Source: Acidobacteriota bacterium (lineage in GTDB: Bacteria; Acidobacteriota; UBA6911; RPQK01; JAJDTT01). From it: a stretch of 64,000 bases of DNA. The stretch covers positions 6,048,001 through 6,112,000 of the forward strand of contig CBDCJH010000002.1 of the NCBI GenBank assembly GCA_965217775.1. The letters are read 5' to 3'. The notes below the pieces were generated by a model that was not told the origin of the DNA, made no database searches, and was given only the letters and a program-made list of their open reading frames with translations. The position numbers and the translations under genes were made by a program. Position 1 is the stretch's first letter; each line of letters starts with the position of its first letter. Positions 51,535 through 61,886 of the stretch are shown piece after piece.

Positions 51535-51790
51535 TCACTCCAGTACAACTCGAACTTTGTCTGGTTCCTTGCCTCTGGTGAGTTCGTCCAGGTATTCCTC
51601 GAATCGTCGTTTTATCTCCACCGGTGTCGCCGGTGAACTGCCGCCGACCAGCGCTGGGTGCAGATCCTCCATTTTGACCGAAACCTTCCGGAGTCGGGAA
51701 AGCGCCCCACGCAGAGCCGGCATGAGGTCCGGGTCCGGACGGTCCGGCAACGCCTACTGCTCGATGCAATCGTTCACCCGCGTCCTGGGC
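51535..51790 (-). pseudogene. C-terminal fragment of DUF6079 (type 3 BREX BrxC-like ATPase)
   Basis: GGSSPAT..E.KRRFEEYLDELTRGKEPDKVRVVLE. Confidence 0.7.
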
Positions 51791-51843
51791 ACCGGTCTGA
51801 GCGGACCGTCGTCCCAACCCCGTCCATGGGATCGCCCACCCGA

Positions 51844-52335
51844 TCAGGACTGCGAATGAGGGCAGGTGCTTCTCTTCGTCCTCGAAGGGTCAGCCCCGGA
51901 GACACGCTCTCCCGGCACCGTTTCCAGAGCCTCTCTCCGAGCGGCGCGCCGCAGACGTCGGTCCCAGCATGCAAATATCAGCGGATCGTCCAAACGACTC
52001 CCTAACATCAGACAGGAGGCCAAGTGGACGACGTCTGCCCTCTTGAGAGGGTACTGGTTCAAGAGCCGGCGCACCCATGGATCGAGTTGTGATGAGATCT
52101 CTACGATCGGCAAAGTGCGCCAGTCACGCTCGAATCGGGCCCGCACCTCGCGTAGCTCCGTCTGGTCGGACGGTTGCTCTCGCTCCTTTCGATGAAGCGC
52201 CGAGAGGGTTTCGGCGTCGGCAAGACGAGACACGGCCCGGAACTGCGCGTCAGACCACAGAGCCGCGATCTGCTCCGTCCCTTCTTCTACAAGGTAGCGT
52301 TTTACCAGGGCACTGGTGTCAAAATAAGCGATCAT
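51844..52335 (-). CDS. vapC: VapC PIN-domain toxin
   Basis: YFDTSALVKRY, ADVVHLAS, CWDRRL. Confidence 0.88.
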   Translation of the reverse strand: MIAYFDTSALVKRYLVEEGTEQIAALWSDAQFRAVSRLADAETLSALHRKEREQPSDQTELREVRARFERDWRTLPIVEISSQLDPWVRRLLNQYPLKRADVVHLASCLMLGSRLDDPLIFACWDRRLRRAARREALETVPGERVSGADPSRTKRSTCPHSQS

Positions 52336-52616
52336 CGGCGGTCTTCGCTGACGATGTCTGACACCGACAGTGGACGGCCTCCGATTCGAGGCGGGCGGGG
52401 ACGGTCGCAAGGCGAGGCCTCCAGTGGAAGGGTCACCAGCCCCGCCGCCGCCAGACCGGCCAGCCTTTCCGTAATGGAAGCCGAGCGCCTTGGCTCTTTG
52501 ATGATGCGTGCGACCCGCCGACCGCGGTCGGTGATGACCACCTCGTCACCGGCTTGTACCGCGGCCAGATAGCTGCCGAGACGCGCTTTCGCCTCACCGA
52601 TATCAGCCACGATCAT
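52332..52616 (-). CDS. Phd/YefM antitoxin
   Basis: EAKARL..YL..V..GDEVVITDRGRRVA. Confidence 0.88.
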   Translation of the reverse strand: MIVADIGEAKARLGSYLAAVQAGDEVVITDRGRRVARIIKEPRRSASITERLAGLAAAGLVTLPLEASPCDRPRPPRIGGRPLSVSDIVSEDRR

Positions 52617-52631
52617 TTCCGAAGCTCCTCC

Positions 52632-52669
52632 GTCTGCAGCAGACTACGTCGCCGCGGTTCACGGGTCAA
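52632..52669 (-). promoter_or_regulatory. Sigma70-like promoter of the TA operon with overlapping palindrome
   Basis: TTGACC-N17-TAGTCT; palindrome GTCTG-CAG-CAGAC. Confidence 0.55.
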
Positions 52670-52744
52670 CGAATGGGTCCTTCCACGTCGAAATGCGGAT
52701 TGCGGGTTCCGTGCCCGTGTCTCTTGTCCGGCCTTCGACTTCGC

Positions 52745-53985
52745 AAGGGACATCCTTTTTTTTCGAGCAGACTCAGGACCTGCCGGGAGTATTTCGACTT
52801 CTCGGGGACCAGCTTTTGGCCGTCGAGAAGTTCCAATGCGTCAAGAACGGCTGTCGCTTGCCGGGTGCGTTTCTGGCCGGCGATCGCCCGCAGAGCGTCC
52901 TGGGCGGCCAAGTCCCGGTTCTTTGCCGTGATGAGGACCGAGAAACTGGGATAATCCGGCGCCTGATCCCGGAAATGACCTTGCAGGCAGATGCCTGCGA
53001 CGGTTTCAATCAGGTCCCGGAAGTTAATGGTCTGGTGTGGGGCGATGCCGGACAATTGCCGGACGGACTTCCCATGGGACCATTTCAACGGCGCCCTCGT
53101 ACGGCCCTGATAGGTGACGTCATAGGCATCCGACTTGTGCTGCTGTAGCCAGTGCACCAACTTGTCCTCGAAACGCCGGGCCTTGGTCTGGTAGGTCGCT
53201 TTGGCGTGACCCGACGAGGTGGAGGCCAGTTCCATGGCAGCGGTGTAGCTCCGAATCGCCGTGCGGTAATCGTCGTCCATCCCGGTCAGCCTCAGGAACA
53301 GCTCGTCGGATTTCTTCTCGTCCTTGAAGTGCGGGGGATCGAAAGGCTGTAGGAAATATAGGTAGAAGTCCCGTGGCGGGACCGCGGTGGAGCGTTCGTT
53401 GGGCGCGCCGAAGAAGAGGTAGCCCTGACACGGGGCATTCCGCTCCGGCCACGTCAAGGCTCGCTCCCAGGTCTTGTAGCCGGTCACGTGGGGAGGCTGG
53501 TCCTTGCACTCCATGACCTGGGTCAGCGCAGCATAGTAGTAACGGTCGAGTGTCGCGGAGTCGAGACGTTCGGCGCGTTTTTCGATGAGCGCGTCAAAGT
53601 CCTCGGTCTTTTGCAGGTCGAAATGGAACTGCCCATTGTCCGGATTGGAAGAGATGAATTGGCCGCTACGAACTGGATGTCTCTCCTGGCGATGAGAACC
53701 TGTTCGAAGCGGTCCTTCACCCGTCGGATGCTGTCGGCCACGTACGCGAAGCGGTCACTGTCGAAAATGGCGTCCTTGACGCCGACGATAAATCGGAAAC
53801 GCAGACTCTTGCACACCTCGCCGATTTCACGGAGGAAATTCAGGTCCAGGATGAGTTCCTGGTCCTTGCGGGTGCGCAGGTAGTCGAGAAGCTCATCCAC
53901 CACCAGGAGGAAGCCCAGATTCGGGTAGCGCTCGTGGAACGCGGACATCATGTCTTCGAAGGCGCGTTTGTTGCCGGAAACCTCC
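52745..53985 (-). pseudogene. Internally deleted DUF6079/BrxC-like P-loop ATPase (type 3 BREX)
   Basis: [23 protein letters not shown]; [21 protein letters not shown]; frame change near 53668. Confidence 0.75.
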
Positions 53986-54363
53986 GACGGTTGTGCCATT
54001 CCACGCCGCAATCACGATCCTGTTGCGAGAGAGCCCCTGGAGCAACCGAAGCGGGTCCTGTCGTAGGCTAACGTCGAACAGGACCTCCAGGTTGTCGAGC
54101 AGGACCATTTCTTCACCGCCACGATCGGTAATCTCTTGAAGAAGGCGGGAAACGCGCAAGATCCGCTGGCGCCGGGTCAAGTCCAGCATTCGGCGCGATA
54201 GCTCGAGATTGACGTTCACCAACGGAGCCCCGCTATGATCCCGCAGCTCCCTTAGTACGGTTGTCTTGCCCGTACCGGCGGGGCCGACGACCAATACCAG
54301 CCGGTGAAAGAGTCCGGCTGCCTGCTTGACCTTCTTCATGATCCGATCGGCAACTGGTTCCAC
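53985..54363 (-). pseudogene. brxF: BREX-3 BrxF P-loop protein, 3' truncated
   Basis: HRLVLVVGPAGTGKT, LDNLEVLFD.SL.QDPLRLLQ.LSRN..AAWNG. Confidence 0.8.
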
Positions 54364-54659
54364 TGAAGTATTTCTTCCTCAGGCCGTGAGGCTTCAATCC
54401 AGGCTTCGTCCAAACGGTTTGCCGAAACCAACTACCTGCGCGTCGGCCATCGCGAGTAGTGGTGGCCATGCGCTTGCTCCAGGCATCGGATGCCGGGTTC
54501 GACCCAAACGAAGACGGACATGCATGACCATTTCCAAGAAAGTAGCATGAAGAAAACTCGGCCTGCCACAGCGAGCCAGAACTGTCCAAGGCTAGTCAGG
54601 CCCTCCGGGAAGAGTGCTGACGACGACCGCATAGACGAAGGTACCCACGAAGCTCACCG

Positions 54660-54688
54660 AAAAAGCAAGGGCCTCCGAAGAGGCCCTG
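54660..54688 (-). terminator. Intrinsic terminator
   Basis: AGGGCCTC-TTCG-GAGGCCCT followed by TGCTTTTT on the minus strand. Confidence 0.7.
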
Positions 54689-54723
54689 CGCCCTGCGGTC
54701 GAAACTGCAAGGGGTGTGCCGCT

Positions 54724-54752
54724 AATTTACGCGCCCGACCGATGAAGATCAA
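54724..54752 (-). promoter_or_regulatory. Sigma70-like promoter
   Basis: TTGATC-N17-TAAATT. Confidence 0.5.
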
Positions 54753-54805
54753 GCCGGTTTGTTCTAGATGAAAGACGACCCCGTTGTGTTTCCGGAGTGA
54801 CGCTG

Positions 54806-55276
54806 CTACCGTCCCTCCTCGCGTTTGACCCCCGGGCTGAAGATCTCCAGCAGCTTCTCCCGCCGGTAGTCGAAGATCCGCTTCACGTCTCGTCCAACCC
54901 CCAACCGGTTCACCACGGCGCCGCCCCAGACGGCGTACCGGACCGTGTCCTCGCAGATGGCGCCATTCTCCGAATCGCGAAATCGATGCTCGTGGAACCA
55001 GAGGCGGTAAGGACCCTTGAACTGCCGGTCGACGAATCGATGGGGCGGCTCCCACGCCGTGATTTCGCTGATCCAACGGATCGGCACTCCTCGGAGGCGC
55101 AACCGGTATTCGACCCGGGTTCCCACCTCCATCCGGATGGGCTCGGGCGTCACTACTTGGAATCGGAGCCAGGGAGGGGTCAGTCTCTCCAAATTGTAGG
55201 CGTCGGAGAAAAAGGGAAAGAGGTCTGAAGTCCGTCGAGCGACCCGGACCTCGCTGTTCAGCTCGAAGATTCTCAT
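54806..55276 (-). CDS. SRPBCC family protein
   Basis: NLERLTPP, FVDRQ.KGPY..W.HEH.F. Confidence 0.88.
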   Translation of the reverse strand: MRIFELNSEVRVARRTSDLFPFFSDAYNLERLTPPWLRFQVVTPEPIRMEVGTRVEYRLRLRGVPIRWISEITAWEPPHRFVDRQFKGPYRLWFHEHRFRDSENGAICEDTVRYAVWGGAVVNRLGVGRDVKRIFDYRREKLLEIFSPGVKREEGR

Positions 55277-55502
55277 ACGGGTCCTTCCGGGTGACGGCCG
55301 AGTTCCGTCCAGTCGATCGAGTTGCGCCGGGCTGGAGCTTCGGAATCCGGGCGCTGCCGAGGTCCACAGTTCAGTCTATCCGCTTCCGGCATGCCGGGGT
55401 CCCCAGCCACCACCTCAAGAAGCCTGGGTCACGGCGAAAGATGTAGGGCTGGCAGCCGACGTTCCATCCTGGGTAAACTTGGCGGCGACATCGAAGGTAA
55501 CG

Positions 55503-56288
55503 ATGGCTCCCCTGATTACGGATCGTCTCGGCGAATTGCTGCAAGAGCATGAACATCTCTACGGCGTCCTGTGCCGGGACGCGACGCTGACCGACGTCGA
55601 GTTGATGGCGCAGGCCGGCTACCACCTGGTCTGGTTGGATCTGGAGCACTGTCCCCAGTCCATTTCCGAGTTGATCCGGCTCACCCGCAGCATCGAGCAT
55701 CTGGGGATGGTGCCCCTGGTGCGGATCCCCGAGTTGCTGCGCACCAACGTCCAACCCCTGGTGGATGGGGGCGTCCGGATCGTGACCCTGCCGGACGTCC
55801 GGACCGTGGAGCAGGCCGCCCGGCTGGTTCAACTGGGAAAGTTCCCGCCCCTGGGACAGCGAGGCGTCTCCTCCACCAGCGCCGGGATCGGCTTTCAGCT
55901 TGGTCCTGATCCGCTGGAGACTCTGCACCGGGTCGACCGGACGGTTCGGATGATGGTCATGTTCGAGAGCGACGAGGGTTACGGGAACCTGGAGGAGATC
56001 GTCGGCCTCGACGGGATTGACATGGTCTCCGTGGGCCCCGGGGACTGGGCCACCGGCCTGGGTCTCGGCGGCCGGGAGGCGAAAGAGTATCTGGTCCCCA
56101 AGATCGAACACATCTTGCGGGTGACGCGGGACGCGGGCAAGATTTCGGTCATGTCCGCCTCCGGGCCCGCCGATGCGCGGTACTATTCCGATCTGGGCGT
56201 CCGATTATTCATCGTGGGTGTCGACGTGGCGCTGAAGCGCATGGCGTTGGTGAAGGCGCTGCGCCAGTATCAGGGCGGGGAGGTGTGA
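55503..56288 (+). CDS. HpcH/HpaI aldolase family
   Basis: LDLEH, VRIP, PPLGQRG, MFES, VGPGD. Confidence 0.88.
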   Translation: MAPLITDRLGELLQEHEHLYGVLCRDATLTDVELMAQAGYHLVWLDLEHCPQSISELIRLTRSIEHLGMVPLVRIPELLRTNVQPLVDGGVRIVTLPDVRTVEQAARLVQLGKFPPLGQRGVSSTSAGIGFQLGPDPLETLHRVDRTVRMMVMFESDEGYGNLEEIVGLDGIDMVSVGPGDWATGLGLGGREAKEYLVPKIEHILRVTRDAGKISVMSASGPADARYYSDLGVRLFIVGVDVALKRMALVKALRQYQGGEV

Positions 56289-57040
56289 TGACGGTTCGAC
56301 TCGAATTTGTGGGACATGCCTGCTTTCGTATCTTGGAAGAGAGAAGGCCGACCCTGGTCACGGACCCGTTCTCCCTGACCATCGCCGGTCTGCCGAACGA
56401 CGATCTGAGTCTGGACGGAGACATCGTGATCGTCAGCTCGCTGACCGATCTCGCCCACGACAACGTCGCTCTGGTCAAAGGGAAGCCCCAGGTGATCAAC
56501 GCCCTGGACGTGGCCAACGGCCGGGTCGAGGGGACCATCAACGGCCAGCCCGTGGCGGCGATCCCGGCGGCGGAGACGCCGGATCATCCCGACGGTCCCG
56601 AAGACAACGCCCTCTACGCCTTCCAGGCGGGAGGCCTGTGGTTCGCGCACATGGGGGACGTGGGGTACGAGCTGGGCCGGGAGGAGTTGGCGCCATGGAA
56701 ACGCCGGTGCGACGTGCTGATGGCGCTGGTGGGCGCGGGGTTCACCGTCCCCTTGGATGCCCTGGACCGGATGATCGATATCCTGCAACCCACCTGGATC
56801 GTTCCCATGCACTACGCTCTGCCGCCCTTCGGATTCCGGGGAGTTCCCGGCGGCAACATGAGTCCGGTGGATGTCTTCCTGAATCGGCGGCCGCGGGATC
56901 CGGTCCTCGTTGTCCGCCATCACACCATCTCGTTCCCGACGCAGCGTGCTTCTAACGGACGGCCCACCCTCGTGGTCCTGGAGCCGTCGGGCTACCAGGC
57001 GACCGGTGGACTTCCCGAGTTCCAGGTCGCGCCCTATTGA
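56288..57040 (+). CDS. MBL-fold protein
   Basis: GHACF, TDPF, HMGD, VPMHY; degenerate HxHxDH. Confidence 0.75.
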   Translation: MTVRLEFVGHACFRILEERRPTLVTDPFSLTIAGLPNDDLSLDGDIVIVSSLTDLAHDNVALVKGKPQVINALDVANGRVEGTINGQPVAAIPAAETPDHPDGPEDNALYAFQAGGLWFAHMGDVGYELGREELAPWKRRCDVLMALVGAGFTVPLDALDRMIDILQPTWIVPMHYALPPFGFRGVPGGNMSPVDVFLNRRPRDPVLVVRHHTISFPTQRASNGRPTLVVLEPSGYQATGGLPEFQVAPY

Positions 57041-57675
57041 ATCCGGCGGCCGCGCGTCGCGCAGCCAAGAACAAGGGACGATCGGCGAGACTATGGCGAG
57101 GACCGTTTCATCACCGTCGGCTTTCCAGCCGCCGGCTCTTCGTCTGGCTCCGCTTTGGGGTGAAGAGGGCACCCACAAGGGGCGCCCCTACTAGAACCTT
57201 TCTTCGGTTTGTTCCCGAAAAAAGGTCTGTGCCTTGTTGATCTCGCTCATTATCTTGTTGTCAGGCAAGTCTCCCCGAACAAAAATCAGCACTGACGCCG
57301 GCTCAGAATCATCAATATTCAAGTGCATCGCCCAAAGGTTGAAAGCACACTTGCCTGTAGCAGTGCCGTAGCGGCGTTTGAACAGCAGGTCTTGATTGGC
57401 TTTTCCGCGACGCATCAGAGCGTAGCAAAATGGATTCTTTTGCATCTTTCGTACTCGATTTTCCTACAACTTATATTTCTTGCCTCGAGACAATTCGGAT
57501 ATTTGTATAAGTTAATAGCTATCTATGTTTCCCCGGCTGCGGGGAGAAACAGGCGTGACGAAGCACATACGCCTCCAGCCGCAACAGATATAAAGGTATA
57601 TATATGTAAATACATAAATAATGTTATTCAACGGCAGACAATAGGAACAGCATGTGTGTTTCCGGAGCCGTCGGG

Positions 57676-59040
57676 TTATCCGGGCCCATAGGCTCCCCAG
57701 GGATTCTTGTCCAAGACCCTTTCCAGAAAGCGCAGGGCATTTCCGCCCAGAATCTTCCGGATCTCCTCGTCGCTGAAGCCGCGGGCCACCAGGCCGACCG
57801 TCCAATAGGGCCAGTTGCTCCACTCCATGGGCCGGGCTGAGTAGTTGGGAATATAGGTCAAGTCGGTCCCGATGCCAACGTGGTCGATCCCGGCCACCTT
57901 GACTGCGTGTTCCAGGTGCCGGGCGAACTGTTCGAACGTCGCCGGACGGGGCGGGTCGCTGTTCCACTTGGAACGGTTCGCCGGGTCCCCCTGCTCCCAG
58001 AGCCGGTGGTCCACGATGTAGATGCCGATGAGGCCGCCCTTGCCCGCCACCACCCGGAGGTAGTCGTCGTCCACGTTGCGCTGGTCGATGTCCCGGTAGA
58101 CGGCGGAGCAGGCGGTGTGACTGTTGATCACCGGCTCAACCGAAGTCTCGGCTGCATCCAGCGCAGTCCGGCGGGCGGCGTGGGAAAGATCGACGGCGAC
58201 GCCGAGTTCGTTCATCCGGAGCACCAGTTGGCGGCCCTCCCGGGAGAGACCCGGATCCCGGTGCCAGAGTTGGTAGGCGTCCCAGGCCACGGCGTTGGAG
58301 TGGGTGTGGCTGAGTTGGGCCATGCGCACTCCCAGTCCGTAGAACAGGTCCAGGTGCTCCACCGACTTGCCGGGCACCCAGAGCGCGTGGACGCCCTGGA
58401 GTTGGGAGAGGAGTCCCAACTTCCCCTGGTTGCGCGCCTTGCGAAGATCCTTTGCGCCTGCAATTCGCACGACGTCGGGCAGGCGGCCGTAGGCCAGATT
58501 GGATGTAGCCATCCAGCGCAGACACTGATCGAAGGTATAGTGGCCGGCGTTGTCCTCCACGGCCAGATCCAACCCCGTGAGCTGGTAAAGTGCCCTCCAG
58601 TCCTCTTGCCAGCCGTTTTCGAAGGCCGACTCCAAGGGCTTATGGTTCCACCAGGTCCGGCGCACCAGACGGGAGGCCTCCCTGGGGTCGACGCCTTCGG
58701 CTTCCAGCTCCTTCCGATTCCACGCGAGCATATGCTGGAGTCGCGGCCCCGGCTGCCCGATGGCGGCGGCAACGTAGACGGCGCCCATGAGATCGGCGAC
58801 ATAGGCGTCGTGGTGGAGCTCCAAGCCGTGTTCGAGTTGTTTCGGAGTCGGCTTCAGCTCGGCCAGGATGGTTTCTCTTCCGGCCATCACACGTGATCGG
58901 ATCGGCTCTCTCAGCGACTTGCCGGTCAGAGCCTCGGGGGTGGGGGCGGCCCCGCGCGAGTAGACGTACGGCGCTGTGGCGAGTCCGCCGGCGAGCGTCC
59001 CCTGCAGGAGCGAACGCCTGGAAAATGGTTGCTGCTTCAT
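57676..59040 (-). CDS. Tat-exported membrane dipeptidase (M19)
   Basis: SRRSLL, DLSH, SHTA, DHVGIGTD, KILGGN. Confidence 0.85.
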   Translation of the reverse strand: MKQQPFSRRSLLQGTLAGGLATAPYVYSRGAAPTPEALTGKSLREPIRSRVMAGRETILAELKPTPKQLEHGLELHHDAYVADLMGAVYVAAAIGQPGPRLQHMLAWNRKELEAEGVDPREASRLVRRTWWNHKPLESAFENGWQEDWRALYQLTGLDLAVEDNAGHYTFDQCLRWMATSNLAYGRLPDVVRIAGAKDLRKARNQGKLGLLSQLQGVHALWVPGKSVEHLDLFYGLGVRMAQLSHTHSNAVAWDAYQLWHRDPGLSREGRQLVLRMNELGVAVDLSHAARRTALDAAETSVEPVINSHTACSAVYRDIDQRNVDDDYLRVVAGKGGLIGIYIVDHRLWEQGDPANRSKWNSDPPRPATFEQFARHLEHAVKVAGIDHVGIGTDLTYIPNYSARPMEWSNWPYWTVGLVARGFSDEEIRKILGGNALRFLERVLDKNPWGAYGPG

Positions 59041-59062
59041 GATCCGGCACCTCGTTTGGACG

Positions 59063-60958
59063 TCACCTTTCGAATCGGCGAAACCATCCCGATTCGGGAT
59101 TGGATTCCATCGTCCCCCAACGGGATCGCCACCAAAAGTCCGACCGCGACCCCGTGGGAGTGTCCACGTCTCGAACCATCAGGTTCAAGCGCAAGTTCCG
59201 CCAGGTGGCCCCGGCAATCCCGTCCAGGGAGGCATGGGGGATGGCCACCTCCAGGGTATACCCGGCCGGGTTGAGCGAACTCCAAGCCCGCAGGCCATCG
59301 ATGGGGTTCCGGCCGCGAAACACGATAGCAGCTCCAGGCTGGGAGCCCGGGGCGAGGCGAACTGTACGGTCACGACTCGTTGCGGTGGCGGCATCGGACT
59401 GGCCCGAGCCTCCTCCGGCTTCGGCGGGACGGGGATCCAGGTACAGAACGACGCTGTCCCGGAGCGAAGACCGCCTGCCGGCCAGGTGGATCCGCTGATC
59501 GTCCCGCACTTCCACACCGAGATACAAATACGCCGGGTCTTGAACCAGGCCGAAGCGAACCCCGAGATCTTCAGGGCCGCTCCAGGTGGAGGAGTCTCCG
59601 GTCAACTGCCGGGGCCGAGCCATGGAGACGGGAAGGGACGGCCAATCGTCGAGTCGTCCGTCCAGGGTTGGCGGGCCCTCGTTCAGGTCAGCGATGAGCG
59701 GCCGCCGCTCTGCCGCGGCGTAAATGGTCCGAGTCCAGGAGACGGGCCGGGGGAGTTGATCCGGCCGGTAGGTGGTCCGCACTTCCGCCGCCAGAGCGTC
59801 CTCGGCGGTGGGTTGCCAGGATTCGGGCCAACTCAGCCTGACCTCCAGCCTCTCGGTGGAACCGGGCGCCAGCGTCTTGACGACGGCGTAGGGAGACGGT
59901 GTCAGATGCGGGTGGGCTTCCCAGCGGACACGGATCTCGAGCGGCATATCCGCCCGGTTCTCCAGCTCAAGCCAGGTCCGCCCGCGCCCGGGGGAATCGG
60001 TGGTGATGGTGTCGAGTCGTACCGCATACTCACCGCCGAGACGATTCGTGAGCCGCGCCATGGCCTCGGTCCGCACGTCCTCTCCCAGGATCCCGTCCAG
60101 CTTCAGGTTGGCCATCACCGGTCCGTCAGCGGTCATGGTGACCCAACTGATGTGGTCGAAGCGGCCGTGGGAGAGCCCGGAGAGGGGACTGGCGCCGCCG
60201 GTTGTGGCCAATTGGTAGTATTTGTACTGGGCGCGCTGGTAGCGGACGTAGCGGTGCCGGTGCCCGGCAAAGACCGTGTGGGGCCGGCCGGCCAGGGCCT
60301 GTTCCACCGCTTCCCATCCCGATCCCGCCTGGTAATTCCAAAGCGGTTTGTGGAGAAAGACCAGGGTCCAGCGGACCTGAGTGTTGGCTTCCAGGATCTG
60401 CCGCGCGAAGGCGGCCTGCTCGGGTCCGATCCGGCTGGCCTTCCCGTCTTCGGTGTTCAGACAGAGGAAGAGGACCCCCTTGTAGACGAAGTGGTAGTAG
60501 GTGGGGCCGAACCGCTTCGTCCACTCCCTCCGGGCCGTGTCGTTCCAGATGTCGTGGTTGCCGGGCACGTAGAAGAACCGCATCCGGAGGATGTCGACGG
60601 AGTCCCGGAAATCGGACCACTCGCGCTCGACCTGGTCCAGGTCGTCGGTCGCCCCCTCGATGAGGTCTCCCACGCTGACGACGAACTCCGGCCGCAGATG
60701 GTTGATCTTGCGGAGCGCGCTGCGAAATATGCCCTCCCGGTGTCCGCCGGTGCGGTCGGAGACGATGATGAATTGGAATTCGTCCGGGTTGTTCAGCAGA
60801 CCCTTGTCGGTCCACGGAGTGGGTCCCTCGATCTCGGGGAATCGGGTCGGGTGCTTACCGGAGTCCTCACTCGGAGGGGTCCAGGCGGCGACCAGTCCCA
60901 AGCCTGAAACCACTGCCAGGATCAGCAATCGGCGGAAGGTGGTGTTTCTTGTCTTCAT
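59063..60958 (-). CDS. Secreted calcineurin-like metallophosphoesterase with a C-terminal CBM9-like domain
   Basis: SDRTGG, GDLIEG, GNHD, AGHRH; LDGRLDDW..LYLGVEVRDD. Confidence 0.8.
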   Translation of the reverse strand: MKTRNTTFRRLLILAVVSGLGLVAAWTPPSEDSGKHPTRFPEIEGPTPWTDKGLLNNPDEFQFIIVSDRTGGHREGIFRSALRKINHLRPEFVVSVGDLIEGATDDLDQVEREWSDFRDSVDILRMRFFYVPGNHDIWNDTARREWTKRFGPTYYHFVYKGVLFLCLNTEDGKASRIGPEQAAFARQILEANTQVRWTLVFLHKPLWNYQAGSGWEAVEQALAGRPHTVFAGHRHRYVRYQRAQYKYYQLATTGGASPLSGLSHGRFDHISWVTMTADGPVMANLKLDGILGEDVRTEAMARLTNRLGGEYAVRLDTITTDSPGRGRTWLELENRADMPLEIRVRWEAHPHLTPSPYAVVKTLAPGSTERLEVRLSWPESWQPTAEDALAAEVRTTYRPDQLPRPVSWTRTIYAAAERRPLIADLNEGPPTLDGRLDDWPSLPVSMARPRQLTGDSSTWSGPEDLGVRFGLVQDPAYLYLGVEVRDDQRIHLAGRRSSLRDSVVLYLDPRPAEAGGGSGQSDAATATSRDRTVRLAPGSQPGAAIVFRGRNPIDGLRAWSSLNPAGYTLEVAIPHASLDGIAGATWRNLRLNLMVRDVDTPTGSRSDFWWRSRWGTMESNPESGWFRRFER

Positions 60959-61092
60959 GGACTCATTCTATGCGGCTTCCTGAGACTTCGTCACGAATGG
61001 AAGATGGAAAATAGGCGAAAATTGTGGGTTCGGCGGCTGGAAACCCGCCGCCTTCGGGTCTTCCGGCGGCAACTCGTCGTGGGACAGGAAAA

Positions 61093-61169
<77 letters not shown>

Positions 61170-61421
61170 ATGAAGAACGGCAAATTATAGCTTACGCGGG
61201 AAATGGCTGGCAAATGTGGGGGCGGGGGTTTGTAACCCCCGATTCTTGGAGATGTGGGGGATAGGGATGTGCGCCTTTCTACGCGGGGGACAACATGTCC
61301 CCCCTCCCATGCACGCCGGTTGCCTCCTGAAGAGGGCACCCACGAGGGGCGCCCCTACGGTGTTTGGTTTGAAACCAATGGGATGCGTATTGCGGCGCCG
61401 TCCCTATGGACTATTGCTAGA

Positions 61422-61886
61422 ATGAAGCCCGTGGCCAGGAATGTGGGGACCGAGATACCGGACCGGATCGTCGCCGAGATTCGAAGAGATCCTCCGATAC
61501 CGGAGGCGATTCCGCTCGTCAGCGTGGACCCGGAGGGATTTCCGCATGTCGCCCTCCTGTCCTACTACGAACTCTTTCTCCAGGACGGGGTCCTCGGGTT
61601 TTTCGTCCAAAACGGGAGCCGTTCGGGACGCTTCCTCAAGACCGGACGCCGCTGTACGCTCCTGTTCGTGAACCCCGACTTCGTGGTTTACGTCAAGGGA
61701 CGGGCTCATTGGAGAGGGGATCGGGAGTCCTGCTCCGTTTTTCAGCTCCAGGTGGAGGCCGTGCTGGAGGACTCTCCTCTGCCCGAAGAAGGGGACGTAT
61801 TCCTGAAGTCCGGGATCCGGTTCGCAGCCGATGAAACGTCGCTCGCGAGTCGAGCCCGATTGAGGCGGAGGATGGTATGGAACTAG
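61422..61886 (+). CDS. Pyridoxamine 5'-phosphate oxidase-like FMN-binding protein
   Basis: LVSVDPEGFPHVALLS, split-barrel pattern. Confidence 0.65.
   Translation: MKPVARNVGTEIPDRIVAEIRRDPPIPEAIPLVSVDPEGFPHVALLSYYELFLQDGVLGFFVQNGSRSGRFLKTGRRCTLLFVNPDFVVYVKGRAHWRGDRESCSVFQLQVEAVLEDSPLPEEGDVFLKSGIRFAADETSLASRARLRRRMVWN

Noticed and set aside
54363-54632. Short ORFs upstream of brxF
   Set aside because: No recognisable family motif in any frame.
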